Shown here: piece after piece, positions 43,215 through 52,117 of the stretch
Layout: the number at the start of each line of letters is the position of its first letter
Numbering within the stretch: the first letter of the stretch is position 1
Virus record (IMG/VR): IMGVR_UViG_3300022752_000087
Span: 1-54,589 of that record
Length of the DNA: 54,589 nt
Reading direction: 5' to 3' (one strand)
Source of the DNA: a virus
Lineage: Duplodnaviria > Caudoviricetes
The notes under the pieces: generated by a model
Told to the model about the DNA's origin: nothing
The model's database searches: none
What the model saw: the letters and a program-made list of their open reading frames with translations, nothing else
Position numbers and translations under genes: made by a program

Positions 43215-44780
43215 TCACTTCCTCGTTTGTTCTTGGATCAGGTCCAGCAGCAGCCCTTGCAGGCTCTGCTTATTCCTGAGTCGGTCGTACATCTTATGCT
43301 CAAGCGCAGTGGCTTCGATGTGGATCAGGTTCGAGGTTTTGTTTTTCCCGATCCGCTCGATGCGGCCATTCGCCTGTACATAAGTCTCGTTGCTGTTGAC
43401 CGGTCCGTACCAGATGATGGTCGATGCCGTCGTCAGCGTAAGCCCGTGTGCCATGGTGCCGGGGTGGGCGATCAGAACATGCGGGTCCTTACTGTCTTGG
43501 AAGTCCTTGAAGATCACGTCGCGCTTGGTCGAGGACACCTCGCCGTTCACCACACCGACAGTCCAGTGCTTGGACAGTTCCCGCTCCAGCATGTGCAGCG
43601 TACCCGTCAGGGGGACGAACACAATGACCTTCTCACCTACCTCCTCGATCAGTTCCTTTACCAGCTTCACTCGCGGGCTGGCATCAAGCTCGATGTTCTG
43701 GCCGTCGTCGCCGTAGGCTACACCACAGGCAATCTGCACCAACTTCTGTACCTTGACCGCTTCGTTGACAGCGCTGATCGTACCCCCTGACAGACGTGCT
43801 TTAGTCACATCCACGATCAGGTCCTTGAGCATGGTCTTGTAGTACTTGTCTTGCTCAGGAGTCAGGCTCACCTGACGTGTCTGGATGATCGTCTCAGGTA
43901 GGTCGAAGCACTCATCCCGAGTGTACCGCACCGATGGTTGCAGGATGTTGCTCACTGTCTCCATCGAGTCAGGGCGGGGTACGAACTTCCATTGCCCGAT
44001 CTTGGTCATCACCTGATCACGGAATGCCGTGTATGTCTGTGTGCAGTTCGGGCTATCGACCAGCTTGGCCAGTGCCCACGCATCAGTCGGGTCGTTGGGT
44101 GTCGGCGTCCCGGTCATCAACCACAGACGTGTGTCTGGGTTCTTGGCGATCCACTTGCGGAACTGTTTGAACCGCTGCGTGCTTGGGTTGCGCAGGACCG
44201 CAGCCTCGTCGATAATCACCAGATCGAACATATCGACAGCATCATCAGCGATGATCGAGAACCCGTCGTGGTTGATGATGTAGAAGTCCACATCCTCATT
44301 GAGCAATCTGCGGCGGCGCTCTGCTGTGCCGTGCATGACCACGAACCTACGGTTGGGGAACCCGAGAAAGATACCGTCACCCCAGACACGTTCCAGTGTG
44401 GACAGCGGCGACAGGATCAGCACCTTCTTCACCTGCTTGGTCTTGATCAGGTAGTCCGCTGCCCACAGCGCGGACTGTGTCTTACCGGTGCCGATATCGT
44501 TGAGGACAAGTCCGCGCTTGTTGAGCGTGAGGAACGCAGCGGTTTGTTTCTGGTGGTCGAACGGCGTGAACCGACCGGGCCAGTCGTAGTAGTGCATGAT
44601 CGGAGACGGTGCCCTGATCCCCATGTTGTTGAGAACACGGACCTCGTCGAGCCGGTGCGGTGTGACGACCAGTTCATGGCCGCGCACATTGATGGTCTTT
44701 GCCGTAGGGATAACGTCCAGCACCCGGTTAGGATTGTTCAGCTTCAGAGCTAGGGTCTTGGCTTTCTCAACTACCAACAC
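43215..44780 (-). CDS. SNF2-family (SF2) helicase
   Basis: DIGTGKT, IIDEA, MTGTP, HGLTLT, QANGRIERIG motifs. GTG start at 44780 inferred from RBS. Confidence 0.92.
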   Translation of the reverse strand: MLVVEKAKTLALKLNNPNRVLDVIPTAKTINVRGHELVVTPHRLDEVRVLNNMGIRAPSPIMHYYDWPGRFTPFDHQKQTAAFLTLNKRGLVLNDIGTGKTQSALWAADYLIKTKQVKKVLILSPLSTLERVWGDGIFLGFPNRRFVVMHGTAERRRRLLNEDVDFYIINHDGFSIIADDAVDMFDLVIIDEAAVLRNPSTQRFKQFRKWIAKNPDTRLWLMTGTPTPNDPTDAWALAKLVDSPNCTQTYTAFRDQVMTKIGQWKFVPRPDSMETVSNILQPSVRYTRDECFDLPETIIQTRQVSLTPEQDKYYKTMLKDLIVDVTKARLSGGTISAVNEAVKVQKLVQIACGVAYGDDGQNIELDASPRVKLVKELIEEVGEKVIVFVPLTGTLHMLERELSKHWTVGVVNGEVSSTKRDVIFKDFQDSKDPHVLIAHPGTMAHGLTLTTASTIIWYGPVNSNETYVQANGRIERIGKNKTSNLIHIEATALEHKMYDRLRNKQSLQGLLLDLIQEQTRK

Positions 44781-45069
44781 GGATATACGTCTCCACTGTG
44801 AGGATGGTCTCGTCATCATAGACGAGGAACCAAGAGCCTCCGGCTTCCTTGATCTCCCGACCTGTCTTCCACTGGAGTTCGGTCGGCTTCTTGGACTTGT
44901 CTGCTTTCACTTCGATCCCGACAAACCGCCCTCGGATGATGGCGATGATATCGGGTAGCCCGGACTTCCCGAACCCGTTGTTACCGGGGAAGAAATACCA
45001 GACCTTGTGCCGCTTCAGCATCTCGGTGAGACGCTTCTTTACCTTCCCCTCGGGGGTCAGTGCCGCCAC
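44767..45069 (-). CDS. VRR-NUC domain nuclease
   Basis: TPEGKVK...GLPDII...FVGIEVKA...PTELQ. Confidence 0.9.
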   Translation of the reverse strand: MAALTPEGKVKKRLTEMLKRHKVWYFFPGNNGFGKSGLPDIIAIIRGRFVGIEVKADKSKKPTELQWKTGREIKEAGGSWFLVYDDETILTVETYIRVGS

Positions 45070-45111
45070 GACTTCCTCCTACCATACGATACATGGGTGT
45101 CAAGTACATAA

Positions 45112-45792
45112 TCAGCGCCGCGCCCACTTGCATGTGGATTGTGCAGGGCAGTAGCCGCACAGACCGCTCGGTCGAGCAGGCCAATTATCAAAGTGCAGTG
45201 CTTGCTCAATGCGGCTCGTGGCCGAGGCAATGCCGCCCCAGATACCCATCATGTCGATGCGAGTGTAGGTCTCCTCATCGAGCTTCATGTCCTTGAGCCA
45301 TACCAGAACGGTCTTCACCCGCTGGACCTGCGGGAAGTGCTTCATCACCTGCCCCGCAAAGATTTCCATCTGAAAGAAGTCTGGCTTTCGTTTGCCGGTC
45401 TTCCAGTCCATGACGATAGCGTCGGCACCCTTGAGTACTAGCACGTCGAGCTTGGACCTGAGCCATGCGTCGGAGTCCCACCACCCTGTCGGTTCGTGGT
45501 TGGCGTTGAGGACCATCTCCTTTTCCACAAACAACTCACCGCCTTGAGCCAGTCTCTCCACACTCTTGCACATGGGTTCGTACCGGGCAGCCTCCTGCGG
45601 GAGGTCGGCATTGTCCCTGAGCCTGCGCTCCAACATCTCGTGGATGCGCTCGCCATGTTTGCTGGCCTCGCCCCCCTCATCCTTGATATCTTTCAGGATG
45701 CGCTGCCGGTAGTACCGCTGCGGGCAGTTTTCGAACTGCTTCAGCGACGAGTATGAGTGCGCAAGGCGGATGGCTTTGGTGGTCACTAACAA
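45112..45792 (-). CDS. PD-(D/E)XK (Cas4/RecB-like) exonuclease
   Basis: SYSSLKQFENCP...KLDVL...DWKTGK...C.YCP...C. Confidence 0.9.
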   Translation of the reverse strand: MLVTTKAIRLAHSYSSLKQFENCPQRYYRQRILKDIKDEGGEASKHGERIHEMLERRLRDNADLPQEAARYEPMCKSVERLAQGGELFVEKEMVLNANHEPTGWWDSDAWLRSKLDVLVLKGADAIVMDWKTGKRKPDFFQMEIFAGQVMKHFPQVQRVKTVLVWLKDMKLDEETYTRIDMMGIWGGIASATSRIEQALHFDNWPARPSGLCGYCPAQSTCKWARR

Positions 45793-47675
45793 TCTCCGTA
45801 GTTGGTAGCCCGCCCTGCTTCGCAGGCAACAGGTAGATCAGGTGCCCACGCCGGGGGCTTGGACATAATGCTGATGATGTGGGCTTCGGCTGCGTCAGCA
45901 CCCTCGCTTGGCACTACGCAGACGTTCTCGTCATGCACTTGGAAGGCGACGAAGTACCCAGCCAGACCGATAGCTACCATCTGCTTGCGCACGATGATAC
46001 CAGCCAGAGCCTGCACGAGGTTCTCCACCACCTTGCCCCCGTAGATGCGGGTCCACGGTAGGTCATCACATGGCAGGCCCAGCACCCTGTCCTTCAGATA
46101 CTTGCGGAAGGTGCGTGCATCGTTGATGTACTCGAACCCATTGCCGGTCTGGCGTAGCGCAGGGTAGGTGATCTTCAGTTTATTGGGCAGCGAGATGCCG
46201 GTGTTGTCGTAGACAAGTTTGTCGTTGATAATACCTCCCCGACCCTGCGTCATGTTGGTCAGGACAGTACCACATACCTGCCAGAGTTGGACGATCTTGT
46301 AGTACTTCTGGCGGTAGAGGCGCACGATACGCTCGGCTTCGAACTCATCAATCTCAATCTTGGCGAGTGCCAGAGTGCGGCGGAACTTCTCTGCCCCCAT
46401 GCCGTAGCCCAGTCCAAGGATGCAGGTCTTACCCACAAACCTCTCAGTGTAGTCTGCCTTGGTGATGGTCCTGCCGTACACCTCAGTGGCGAACTCGGAG
46501 TACACATCTCGTCCCTCACGGAACGCTTGCACCAGATCGTCCTGCCCTGCGAGCCATGCCACAGTGCGCGCTTCGATCTGGCTGGAGTCGCAAGCGATAA
46601 GCTCATAACCTTCCGGTGCCTTGAGTGCGCGCCGGATCGTGGTGTTACCACGACTGGGTAGGTTCTGAAGGTTGACCTTGTCGCCGCCTGAGAACCTGCC
46701 AGTGTGCGCGCCATAGTAGTTGAGCATGATGGGCAGCGCCCCGCGCTCACCGATCCCGAGGAATGCAAGGGTCCGGGTCTCCTCAAGGGTGGACTTCACA
46801 CCGAGGCGGGCCTCGACCGCAGCGCGGACACGCTCGTCAGGATGCTCCAACAGATCAGTGAATGCCTTATCCGTCTTGCTGAAAGCGAAGGCAACCTTGC
46901 TTGTCTTGACGCTCACCTTGGTCGGGGGTTCCACACCAAGTTTCTCAAGCAGGGATGCCATCTGGGGGTTGCTCATCAGCACAGGCTTAAGCGCCTCACG
47001 CCCAACGCCTTCAGCCACGCCGTCGTTCAATGCTTCAACCACCAGATCGAGCAGCTTCTCCTTGGACGAGCGTACTTCAGTCAGGTGCTGGAGCAGCAGG
47101 CCACGGTCCAGTTCAATCTTGGGTTCGGTGTACATGCGCAGGGTCTGGTCGATAACCAGCAGTTCCTCCTGCGGGAACTCGACCTTCATCTTGAGCCAGA
47201 GTTTGTAGGTCAACTCTACGTCATTGACGCAGTAGTCCGCGTAGCGGCTCAGTTCTTCCTTGGAGAAGTCTGCATACCGTTTACCGAGCGCATTGATAAC
47301 CTCGTCGCCCTTGGCCCCCAGCTTGTAGTACTGCACCAGCGCCTTGAGGCTGCCGCCCACAGACACGTTGTGAAGAGGGCGCGCCATCGACAGGGTATCC
47401 AGCCACAGCTTGGGCTTCACGCCGTAGTGCCATGAGAGGATAGCCCCATCGAACGCAGTGTTGTGGCAGAGGATGGCTGCCTTGGAGAAGTCGATGGCCT
47501 TGAGGAAGAAGTGGATCATGGGCTTGGGTATCCACTTCACCGGCCCGTTGTTCTTCTTGATACCGACAAGGATAACCTCGAAGCGTTCATCACGCACATA
47601 CATCTCTGTCGTTATCTTCGATAGGCTGTAGTCCCGGTCATAGTAGGTCTCGAAGTCAATCGTATAGATGTCCAC
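45786..47675 (-). CDS. polA: Family A DNA polymerase with 3'-5' exonuclease
   Basis: Exo I DFET, Exo II HNTAFD, HTGRFSG, NLQNLP, motif A DSSQIEAR, motif B R..GKT.ILG..YG, motif C VHDE. Confidence 0.95.
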   Translation of the reverse strand: MDIYTIDFETYYDRDYSLSKITTEMYVRDERFEVILVGIKKNNGPVKWIPKPMIHFFLKAIDFSKAAILCHNTAFDGAILSWHYGVKPKLWLDTLSMARPLHNVSVGGSLKALVQYYKLGAKGDEVINALGKRYADFSKEELSRYADYCVNDVELTYKLWLKMKVEFPQEELLVIDQTLRMYTEPKIELDRGLLLQHLTEVRSSKEKLLDLVVEALNDGVAEGVGREALKPVLMSNPQMASLLEKLGVEPPTKVSVKTSKVAFAFSKTDKAFTDLLEHPDERVRAAVEARLGVKSTLEETRTLAFLGIGERGALPIMLNYYGAHTGRFSGGDKVNLQNLPSRGNTTIRRALKAPEGYELIACDSSQIEARTVAWLAGQDDLVQAFREGRDVYSEFATEVYGRTITKADYTERFVGKTCILGLGYGMGAEKFRRTLALAKIEIDEFEAERIVRLYRQKYYKIVQLWQVCGTVLTNMTQGRGGIINDKLVYDNTGISLPNKLKITYPALRQTGNGFEYINDARTFRKYLKDRVLGLPCDDLPWTRIYGGKVVENLVQALAGIIVRKQMVAIGLAGYFVAFQVHDENVCVVPSEGADAAEAHIISIMSKPPAWAPDLPVACEAGRATNYGDC

Positions 47676-47687
47676 TGCTGTTCCCCT

Positions 47688-47876
47688 CTACCGTACCCGT
47701 GTTACTGTCATAACGAGTGTAGCCTTATCTGTCTTACAGCGAAAGCCCTTGTTGTTTCTCATCCCGTACTGACTAACGTTGCGCGCAATCCGCTTGCGGT
47801 CGGCGTGTGTTAGCGCCGCCATGGTGAAGGTTTCGCCCACTGCCATCTGGCCGAGGGGGTACGTGGGGCGGCGCAT
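47688..47876 (-). CDS. Small basic, possibly DNA-binding protein (YPL..M.VGETF)
   Basis: 62 aa, co-oriented, GAGG upstream. Confidence 0.65.
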   Translation of the reverse strand: MRRPTYPLGQMAVGETFTMAALTHADRKRIARNVSQYGMRNNKGFRCKTDKATLVMTVTRVR

Positions 47877-47877
47877 G

Positions 47878-47961
47878 TCAGAACCTCACGTCTTCAGGGT
47901 GCCAGTCGTAGATGTCCCAGCCGAAGTTGGCCCAGAGCCAGTTGCGCAGGGCGTCAGGCAC
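47878..47961 (-). CDS. 27-aa Trp-rich micro-ORF (MPDALRNWLWANFGWDIYDWHPEDVRF)
   Basis: GGAG RBS; GTG start overlapping the upstream stop; fills the gap exactly. Confidence 0.45.
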   Translation of the reverse strand: MPDALRNWLWANFGWDIYDWHPEDVRF

Positions 47962-48232
47962 CGTCGTCTCCATCGCTGTCGCCCACCGTGTCAATCAAAT
48001 GAGCATCCCCTGCGATCAGGTCGGAGAGGGCGGCGGAACGGAGCATCTTTTCGGCAGCGGCAATTCGCGCGTCATCAGCGCCACGGCCCAAACCTTCGCG
48101 GTAGGCCCACAACAAGGCAGCAAGGTATCCGCGCTGGTAGTCGCTGTCTGGCCGATCGTTGAGGAAGCTGGTGATTGAACGCACAAGCAGCGGGGCGAGC
48201 CGCGCGCCGTCAAAGTCTATAATCTGCGCCAT
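47954..48232 (-). CDS. Hypothetical protein (FLND.PDSDYQRGYLAAL)
   Basis: TGATG coupling, RBS GGAG. Confidence 0.65.
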   Translation of the reverse strand: MAQIIDFDGARLAPLLVRSITSFLNDRPDSDYQRGYLAALLWAYREGLGRGADDARIAAAEKMLRSAALSDLIAGDAHLIDTVGDSDGDDGA

Positions 48233-48342
48233 CACTCCATTCCTTCCACAATAGCTGCTGGGTCGAGGGCTGCGCGGACGGCGAGGCCTTCGCAGACCAG
48301 CCGCATGACGTCGTGCTCGCGTGTTGTCAGGTGGATCATCAT
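48232..48342 (-). pseudogene. Truncated LuxR-HTH-like remnant (36 aa)
   Basis: MMIHLTTREHDVMRLVCEGL matches the start of LuxR C-terminal domains; the recognition helices are absent; strong AGGAG RBS. Confidence 0.45.
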
Positions 48343-48381
48343 CGTTACTCCTAGTTTGAGGGTATATCTACACTTTACACC

Positions 48382-48543
48382 CTAGTAAAGCACTTCCTCC
48401 TCGGTCGTGATGATTTTGTAGAGGAAGAAGTTCATACCGACACGTTTACGTGCGCGTTCGATCTCCCGCTTGGCACCGTCGAGGGTGTCAGCCCGGAACA
48501 CTGGTGTGCCCCGGACCGTGCGAATCTCATAGACCTCTTTCAT
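48382..48543 (-). CDS. Small hypothetical protein (53 aa)
   Basis: ATGA coupling to the HNH gene; MKEVYEIRTVRGTPVF. Confidence 0.6.
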   Translation of the reverse strand: MKEVYEIRTVRGTPVFRADTLDGAKREIERARKRVGMNFFLYKIITTEEEVLY

Positions 48544-49103
48544 CGTACCTTACCCTCCATTTTTACCCGATATTCTCTCATTCGTTTATTATGTGCTATC
48601 CGACAGTCGTCGCACCGACACCCAGTTTCATACCCATATCGAGTACCGTGCCGCCACGGGGGGCGTATAGTACCCGGTTGCATTGCACCCTCTATGGGCA
48701 GCCGAGATAGGCGCTTAGACAGTGTATCAAGTCTGACACCGAGTTCTTCGGCCCACTGCGCAAGCGTTTGCGTCTTCCCCTTATAGGTGATCCGCCTATT
48801 GCGCCGTTGGTTATTGAGTTGCGCTCGTATGGTGACCCAGCGACAGTTAGTCGGCGCATATCCCGCGTCGTTATCCGTGCGATCAAGAGAGTGTCCAACC
48901 GGACACTCTCCCATATCTTCATAGAACCTATCGTAGCTTACCCACTCTGGGCATACAACTATACCCCGACCGCCATAATGCGGGTTGCCCTGATCTCTAC
49001 ACCTTGCGTGCATAGACCGCCACGCGTAATATGTTCTAGTCCCGGCTGGGTTCTTCCACTTCCGCCTTGAGTCCACGTTCCTGTCTCCCTTGCATACGGT
49101 CAA
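48540..49103 (-). CDS. HNH-type homing endonuclease (start may be GTG 49076)
   Basis: TYYAWRSMHARC...YGGRGIVVCPEW...SLDRTDND.GY.P.NCRW...Q.NN; C-terminal DNA-binding extension. Confidence 0.85.
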   Translation of the reverse strand: MTVCKGDRNVDSRRKWKNPAGTRTYYAWRSMHARCRDQGNPHYGGRGIVVCPEWVSYDRFYEDMGECPVGHSLDRTDNDAGYAPTNCRWVTIRAQLNNQRRNRRITYKGKTQTLAQWAEELGVRLDTLSKRLSRLPIEGAMQPGTIRPPWRHGTRYGYETGCRCDDCRIAHNKRMREYRVKMEGKVR

Positions 49104-49401
49104 GGACTAGCTGCATGTATCCTATGATGTCAATAACATTGTCAGCATATTCAGGATCACCGTTTAGTATCCGCCCGACCTTATGCGCCACCATCTCAAG
49201 AGCCTCGCGGGTGTCCACCCGCAGTGTGTTCCAGTTGGGGCTATCAGCCATTGCAGACTTAATATTCTGTGTTACCCGTGCGTGGTTTTCAAACTTCCCA
49301 TAGCGTGAGCCGCGCTCGTCAAGCACGGCGTCGATGATGTTCATATCCTGCACACTAACCTGCTCAACTTCCTCAAACATCTCTGTCTGTGCCATTGTCA
49401 T
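49036..49401 (-). CDS. DUF6378-like protein (possible nucleotide pyrophosphohydrolase fold)
   Basis: L.ERGSRYGKF...EALEMVAHKVGRILNGDP...D..GY..LV. Confidence 0.75.
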   Translation of the reverse strand: MTMAQTEMFEEVEQVSVQDMNIIDAVLDERGSRYGKFENHARVTQNIKSAMADSPNWNTLRVDTREALEMVAHKVGRILNGDPEYADNVIDIIGYMQLVLDRMQGRQERGLKAEVEEPSRD

Positions 49402-49616
49402 CGTCCTATCCTCTTCACTTTGGGGTGGTCAGGGTCTGTCCCATACATGACCCAGTAATACGTCTCGCGGAACAGCCAGTACCGCGTCTTCTGGTGTCGC
49501 TTGCTGGACTTAGCGTACTCATCAGTCCACGACTCCCACTTACCTAGCAGGCGCATCAGGGTGAGGGCTTGCCTCACCTTGACACGTCCCGGCCACTTGC
49601 GTGGCAGGTCCATCAC
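49398..49616 (-). CDS. Hypothetical protein
   Basis: Coupled to neighbours. Confidence 0.6.
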   Translation of the reverse strand: MMDLPRKWPGRVKVRQALTLMRLLGKWESWTDEYAKSSKRHQKTRYWLFRETYYWVMYGTDPDHPKVKRIGR

Positions 49617-50254
49617 AGTCCTCCGAGTTTGACCGCAGTCATGGCACCCGTCAGCCTGCCGAGTGTGTTCTTGTCCACGCTGGGCTTCTCCTTCTTCTCC
49701 TTCACGGTGATCTCCTTGTGCCGCTCCTTGACGGGTTCAGGCACCAGTTCCCAGAGCGGGGGCCACTCCTTCAGTGCCGGTGCAAGCGTTGAGAAGTTGC
49801 CCAACACAGTGCTGACACCCTCAGAGAACAGCCGCTGCTGGTCCTTGAGTCGGAGCAACTTGTCGTGCCAGCGCATGACCTCGGCGTAGAGTTCTCCCCA
49901 CATCAGGTCATTACCGAGGCGGTACTGCCAATTCCACTCACGCTGGGCAACGTCTCTGCTCATGCCATCAGGCAGTTCCGTCGGGAAAGGTTTGGCCTCG
50001 CTGAGGGTGAACTGCTTGTTGATGTGGATGCCGCCGACAGAAACGATGACGATGTGCGGGTAGTATTTGAAGAAGGACTGCGGAAGTTCCTTCATGGTGT
50101 GGTAGTACTTACCAAACAGCTTGTCGTAGATGTAGTCACCCCACTTGTCCTCGGGCTTGGCCTCTTCGGCCTTGCGGATGGCGTCACCGAACTTGTTCTT
50201 GGCGTTGCGGAGGATATCCTCGGTCAGTTCCTTAGTGATGCGTACAGTTGCCAT
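49613..50254 (-). CDS. Conserved phage protein, Nmad5-like
   Basis: MATVRIT start and STL..ALKEWP.L.ELVP motif; family assignment by eye. Confidence 0.55.
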   Translation of the reverse strand: MATVRITKELTEDILRNAKNKFGDAIRKAEEAKPEDKWGDYIYDKLFGKYYHTMKELPQSFFKYYPHIVIVSVGGIHINKQFTLSEAKPFPTELPDGMSRDVAQREWNWQYRLGNDLMWGELYAEVMRWHDKLLRLKDQQRLFSEGVSTVLGNFSTLAPALKEWPPLWELVPEPVKERHKEITVKEKKEKPSVDKNTLGRLTGAMTAVKLGGL

Positions 50255-50462
50255 TGTCGTGGTCCTTTAGGTTCTGGATTGTTTCGAGTAGACTCTTGGT
50301 GAACTCAGCGAGGAACACGTCCTCGCCAAGCCCGGATTGGATGCAGGCATCCGCAGTCAGATACGTCAGTGCGGTCAGCACCGTACTCAGGTCGTAGCCA
50401 GAGCAGGCATGACCCATCTCCCCGGTCAGGTCTTCGATCCGGTCTTCGATCTCATCACTCAT
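50232..50462 (-). CDS. Hypothetical acidic protein
   Basis: ATGA coupling to the vWA gene. Confidence 0.65.
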   Translation of the reverse strand: MSDEIEDRIEDLTGEMGHACSGYDLSTVLTALTYLTADACIQSGLGEDVFLAEFTKSLLETIQNLKDHDNGNCTHH

Positions 50463-51589
50463 GCCATCATCACCACTTCTCCAAAGGGGGCGCTGTCAGC
50501 GCCGTTGGAAACCCACAGCACCGGGTAGTCCGGTGCGTCACCGAAATCGTGGCAGTACAGGTCAGTCAGAAACACGCAGGCAACCGGGTCGATGTCATGC
50601 TCTTCAGCGTAGCGGAACACCGGGCTGAATGCCGTACCGCCACCACCATGTGGGCGGATATCGAGATCGTCCTCCGCAGCGTAGCTCTCGTAGTGGGAGA
50701 CAGTGCTGTCGAAGTAGACCACATGGATACGTGCCGGTAGGCAGTCGTCCTTGACCGTCCTGATCTCGGCAGCGAACTGGTTCAGGGTGTGCTGGTCGAT
50801 GGAGCCAGAGCAGTCCACTGCGAAGAGCAGTTCACCCATCCGCTCACCTGTCACGCTGGGCAGGTAGAGACCCTGTGCTGCGAAGATACGGCTGGGCCGA
50901 GCGTAGGTACGCTGGTCAGTACGAGCCTTCTCGATGAACCGTTGCAGCACCTCACGCCAATCGACCTTAGGTTGCAGCACCTCATCGACAAGTCTCTGCA
51001 TGTTGGCAGACAGTTTGCCCATCATCTTGGCTGCCTGCGCAGCCTGAGCCACCTTGATTTTCATCTCGGCCTGAGCCTGAGCCTGCTCTGCTGCGTTGCC
51101 CTCAGCATCCTCGCAGTCATCGAAGGGACCGTTGCCATCGGCGTAGCCGCCACTGCCGTCGTCACCGGGCTGATCTTCGAGGATGCTGAAGATGCCGTCA
51201 CTGGTGCCATTGCCAGCCTGATAAATGCTGGTGCTTTGCAGCCCACCCTCGGGCATCTTGCCGATACCTTCCTGCACCAGAAGCTCGTTGATCACGTAGT
51301 CGCAGGCACGGTTCCACTTGCGGGGGTTGCGCTCACCACGGCGGTAGTTGTGTTCCATCATGGGGTGGAACACCTCGTGAGCAACGAGGAACTTGAGTTC
51401 CTCATCAGTCAGCGGGTCGATGAATGCCGGGTTGAACACCACACGCTTGCCGTTGGTCGCCGCAGTGGGAACCGAGTCAGACAACTCGAACGGCATGTTG
51501 AGCGTGATGGTGCCGATGAACGGCGACTCAAGGATCAGGCTGGTCTTGGCCTTGGACAGGCGGCGCATCAGCTTGTTGGTGTCAGTCAT
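50459..51589 (-). CDS. DUF2201-like metallopeptidase plus vWA domain protein
   Basis: TAATNG, AHEVFH (HExxH), WN.ACDYVIN, MIDAS DCSGS, GGGGT.F, FLTDLY. ATG 51589 after AGGAG. Confidence 0.9.
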   Translation of the reverse strand: MTDTNKLMRRLSKAKTSLILESPFIGTITLNMPFELSDSVPTAATNGKRVVFNPAFIDPLTDEELKFLVAHEVFHPMMEHNYRRGERNPRKWNRACDYVINELLVQEGIGKMPEGGLQSTSIYQAGNGTSDGIFSILEDQPGDDGSGGYADGNGPFDDCEDAEGNAAEQAQAQAEMKIKVAQAAQAAKMMGKLSANMQRLVDEVLQPKVDWREVLQRFIEKARTDQRTYARPSRIFAAQGLYLPSVTGERMGELLFAVDCSGSIDQHTLNQFAAEIRTVKDDCLPARIHVVYFDSTVSHYESYAAEDDLDIRPHGGGGTAFSPVFRYAEEHDIDPVACVFLTDLYCHDFGDAPDYPVLWVSNGADSAPFGEVVMMA

Positions 51590-51872
51590 TGTCGTTCTCC
51601 TTTGCTGCGAGTGCCGCAGCGGCTGCATCGAACGCTTTGAAGTAATCGGTGGATTCGAGAGCACAACGCTCGAAGTATATATCATTGACTACTGTTCGGA
51701 TCGCGTCCCTGACGTGCGGTTTGGTGCTAGGGTCTATCCCCCACATCCAAAGTTCTGTGAGTACGATCTCATCTAGACCATCGACATCCAACACAAATTT
51801 GTAGACCGGAGTGTCAGATATAAACGTGTAGACCGGGTCTCCGTCCTCATTGTCCCTAATTTGCAAACGCAT
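51582..51872 (-). CDS. Hypothetical protein
   Basis: RBS GGAGG, ATG 51872; lies inside a cassette bounded by 22-bp repeats. Confidence 0.65.
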   Translation of the reverse strand: MRLQIRDNEDGDPVYTFISDTPVYKFVLDVDGLDEIVLTELWMWGIDPSTKPHVRDAIRTVVNDIYFERCALESTDYFKAFDAAAAALAAKENDND

Positions 51873-51885
51873 CACTACGCCTCCC

Positions 51886-52113
51886 TTATCCCTCGACCCA
51901 GTCACGGTGTTGTTTGTATGCTTCGTCCGCATTCTGTGCGGTCAGTGTCACGATGGTCCAGCCGGTGACGGCATCGTCCTTGTGTCCCACTGCCCGGTCA
52001 ACGAACTCGATGGCCTGATCTGGGTCAGTGAACGTATAGTAGTACGTTGCATCGTGGTCAGCGCACTGACCGACTGCCAGAAATATCTGCATATGCTTGT
52101 TGGTGTCAGTCAT
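51886..52113 (-). CDS. Hypothetical protein (starts MTDTNK like the vWA gene)
   Basis: Co-oriented; start lies inside the 22-bp repeat. Confidence 0.65.
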   Translation of the reverse strand: MTDTNKHMQIFLAVGQCADHDATYYYTFTDPDQAIEFVDRAVGHKDDAVTGWTIVTLTAQNADEAYKQHRDWVEG

Positions 52114-52117
52114 TGTA

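Noticed and set aside
45075-45105. Minus-strand TTGACA as a promoter for the VRR-NUC gene
   Set aside because: The -10 position would fall on the RBS; kept only as an instance of the TGTCAAGT motif.
45112-45792. Cas4-like nuclease as evidence of a CRISPR system
   Set aside because: Stand-alone PD-(D/E)XK exonucleases are ordinary in phage replication modules; no array or other cas genes.
47878-48006. Stop-codon read-through or recoding (ATG CTC ATT TGA TTG... in frame with the Trp-rich micro-ORF)
   Set aside because: This stretch is already explained by the overlapping ORF 47954-48232, and TGA is used as a normal stop throughout the genome.
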